A DNA stretch of 10,467 bases from Octopus sinensis. Taxonomy: Eukaryota. Positions within the stretch are counted from its first letter, which is position 1, and every line of letters starts with the position of its first letter. The stretch is taken from the NCBI RefSeq assembly GCF_006345805.1, contig NW_021827337.1, positions 1 through 10,467 of the forward strand. Direction: 5' to 3'. Positions 8,744 through 10,467 of this stretch are shown one piece after another. The notes beneath the pieces were generated by a model. It had not been told where the DNA came from. It saw nothing but the letters and a program-made list of their open reading frames with translations, and did not search any database. Made by a program: the position numbers and the translations under genes.

Positions 8744-8806
8744 CGTGCTAAAACTGCTGCCTTAGATATTCTGAATGATAAATGGCAAGAAAAACCTCTC
8801 GATGGC
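8744..8806 (+). mobile_element. Short internal ORF fragment of an R4/Dong-type LINE
   Basis: Translates as RAKTAALDILNDKWQEKPLDG, resembling the W-x-x-K-P-L-H-G motif that, from recall, lies between the RT and the zinc finger/RLE in R4/Dong ORFs. Confidence 0.6.
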
Positions 8807-8816
8807 CTGAAATTTT

Positions 8817-9293
8817 TCGACCCCAGTACGCAACTGCTACTCAATTTATTGACCCGGAAAGGATGAAAGGCAAAGTCGACCTCGGCAGAATTTGAACTCA
8901 GAACGTAGCGGCAGACGAAATACCTATTTCTTTACTATCCACAAGAGGATAAACACAGAGAGGACAAACAAGGACAGACATACGGATTAAGTCGATTATA
9001 TCGACCCCAGTGCATAACTGGTACTTATTTAATCGACACCGAAAGGATGAAAGGCAAAGTCAACATCGGCAGAATTTGAACTCAGAACGTAAAGACAGAC
9101 GAAATACCTATTTTTTATTACCCACAAGGGGCTAAACACAGATAGGACAAACAAGGACAGACATAGGTATTAAGTCGAATAAATCGACCCCAGTGCGTTA
9201 CTGGTACTTATTTAATCGACCCCGAAAGGATGAAAGGCAAAGTCGACCACGGCGGAATTTGAACTCACAACGTAACGGAAGACGAAATACCGC
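8817..9293 (-). mobile_element. Head-less SINE concatemer (2 full units plus 1 partial) of the same family as 2498-3019
   Basis: Units at 9108-9290 (183 bp), 8924-9107 (184 bp) and partial 8817-8923. Each has a B box (minus GAGTTCAAATT) and the shared core. Confidence 0.85.
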
Positions 9294-9309
9294 CTTTATA
9301 ATAATTTTA

Positions 9310-9495
9310 AATTTTGCCGGCAATTTCGGGGGAGAAGATGAGTCAATTACATCGACCCCAGTGTTCGACTGTTACTTACTTTATTGACCCCGAAAGGACA
9401 AAAGGTAAAGTCGACCTCGCCGGAATTCGAACTCACGACATAGAAACGGACATTTTCGTCCAGCGTGCTAACGCTTCTGCCAGCACGCCGCCGTC
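9310..9495 (-). mobile_element. Monomeric SINE with the same head and core but a different 3' tail
   Basis: Minus strand GACGGCGGCGTGCTGGCAGAAGCGTTAG (A box), GAGTTCGAATTCC (B box) and the shared core, then CTCCCCCGAAATTGCCGGC instead of the TTTGTCTGTCCTTGTTTGTCC tail. Confidence 0.75.
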
Positions 9496-9859
9496 TTATA
9501 GACATATAATAACTAACAGATGAAGAAGAGGTGATTTGCTGTTGAATGCAAACTTTATTTTTTCATGATGTTCTGTAGGATTTTGTATTTCAGGAATTTC
9601 TTTGAAAAGCGATTTGAAGATTTTGTAGTTTGTATTCAATAAGGAACAAATATTAGTTGCGTCTTTGAGCCAAGTGTAATAGTACAATCTCGGTAGTTCA
9701 CATGTGTTCTTTAAGCAAAGTTGCCATCAGTTAACATCTTCAAGTTTGTAGGTGCTGTTCTTCAACCAGTCTGTAATGGATAGCCACCGGTTTTATTTAG
9801 CTTTTTAGTTGAATTTAGCTTTTTAGTTGAATGCCGAAAGAGACAACAAGAAAGCACGC

Positions 9860-9964
9860 ATATATATGCTTCCATACATATGCTTATACATATATATGTG
9901 TGTGTATGTGCGTGTATATGTATATGTATACATACGTAGATGCAAATATATGCATATACACACA

Positions 9965-10005
<41 letters not shown>
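9860..10005. repeat. Compound (TA)n/(TG)n microsatellite
   Basis: Directly visible. Confidence 0.9.
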
Positions 10006-10007
<2 letters not shown>

Positions 10008-10269
10008 TAATGCATTAAGGATATAAATAGAAGGTTTATCACTGATATAATATTTTGGTTTTAAAAATTCCGGGGTTATTTTAAGAACCCTTCGTCTATG
10101 GAGGAGGGTGTTGGTTTTATTTTATTTTAGGTTGTGGGTTTTTCTTTTCTTTTTTTTTTGCATATTTTTATCATTTTTACCACCAATTCAGAAGATAATG
10201 GCATTAAGAAGATAATGGCATCCTTATACTCGTATCTTGTATATGTATTTTAACTGTGAATGTATGCGT

Positions 10270-10430
10270 ACGTATTAACACACACAAATTGCACACACTT
10301 CCACACACATACACGCAAAGAAACACACACATGTTTATAGACCATACAGCATGTTACATACGCCGTATATATATATAACATGCACACAGGCACACAGAAT
10401 CATGCATGCGTGCACACATACATCCATGCG
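10270..10430. repeat. Degenerate (CA)n-rich tract
   Basis: Interrupted CA/CATG runs. Confidence 0.7.
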
Positions 10431-10467
10431 TGCCCCCCATCGCTCAGTACGATGTGCATCGCGAAAT

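Noticed and set aside
8817-9293. CRISPR-like direct-repeat array
   Set aside because: Units are ~183 bp and contiguous with no unique spacers, there are no cas genes, and Pol III boxes are present in a eukaryotic context.
9496-9790. 63-aa minus ORF, a possible micro-exon (NFFEKRFEDF), and a weak SINE-like stretch at 9660-9790
   Set aside because: No recognisable homology, a weak donor site, and similarity too low to call by eye.

Overview
Repeat-dominated, essentially non-genic eukaryotic DNA. About one third is simple repeats ((TA)n, (CA)n, (TATG)n, (ACC/AAC)n, (GGT/GAT/GAA)n, (TAA)n), and much of the rest is tRNA-derived SINEs and LINE remnants. The repeat families and microsatellite load match my recollection of Octopus (coleoid cephalopod) genomes; this is an inference and was not searched. 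No intact protein-coding gene, tRNA/rRNA gene or CRISPR array is supported, and almost every ORF in the track is a microsatellite or SINE artefact. Real coding traces are two decayed fragments of an R4/Dong-type non-LTR retrotransposon (8329-8602, 8744-8806) and a twice-frameshifted ORF of uncertain origin (5826-6426). The most interesting structure is a minus-strand SINE present as head-to-tail multimers in two separate arrays (2498-3019, 8817-9293). All four unit junctions fall at the same nucleotide, the unit termini are mutually complementary, the core stems are conserved while loops vary, and one trimer sits inside a single 15-bp target-site duplication. I cannot establish that any of this is undescribed. 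Repeat boundaries are manual and approximate to a few bases.
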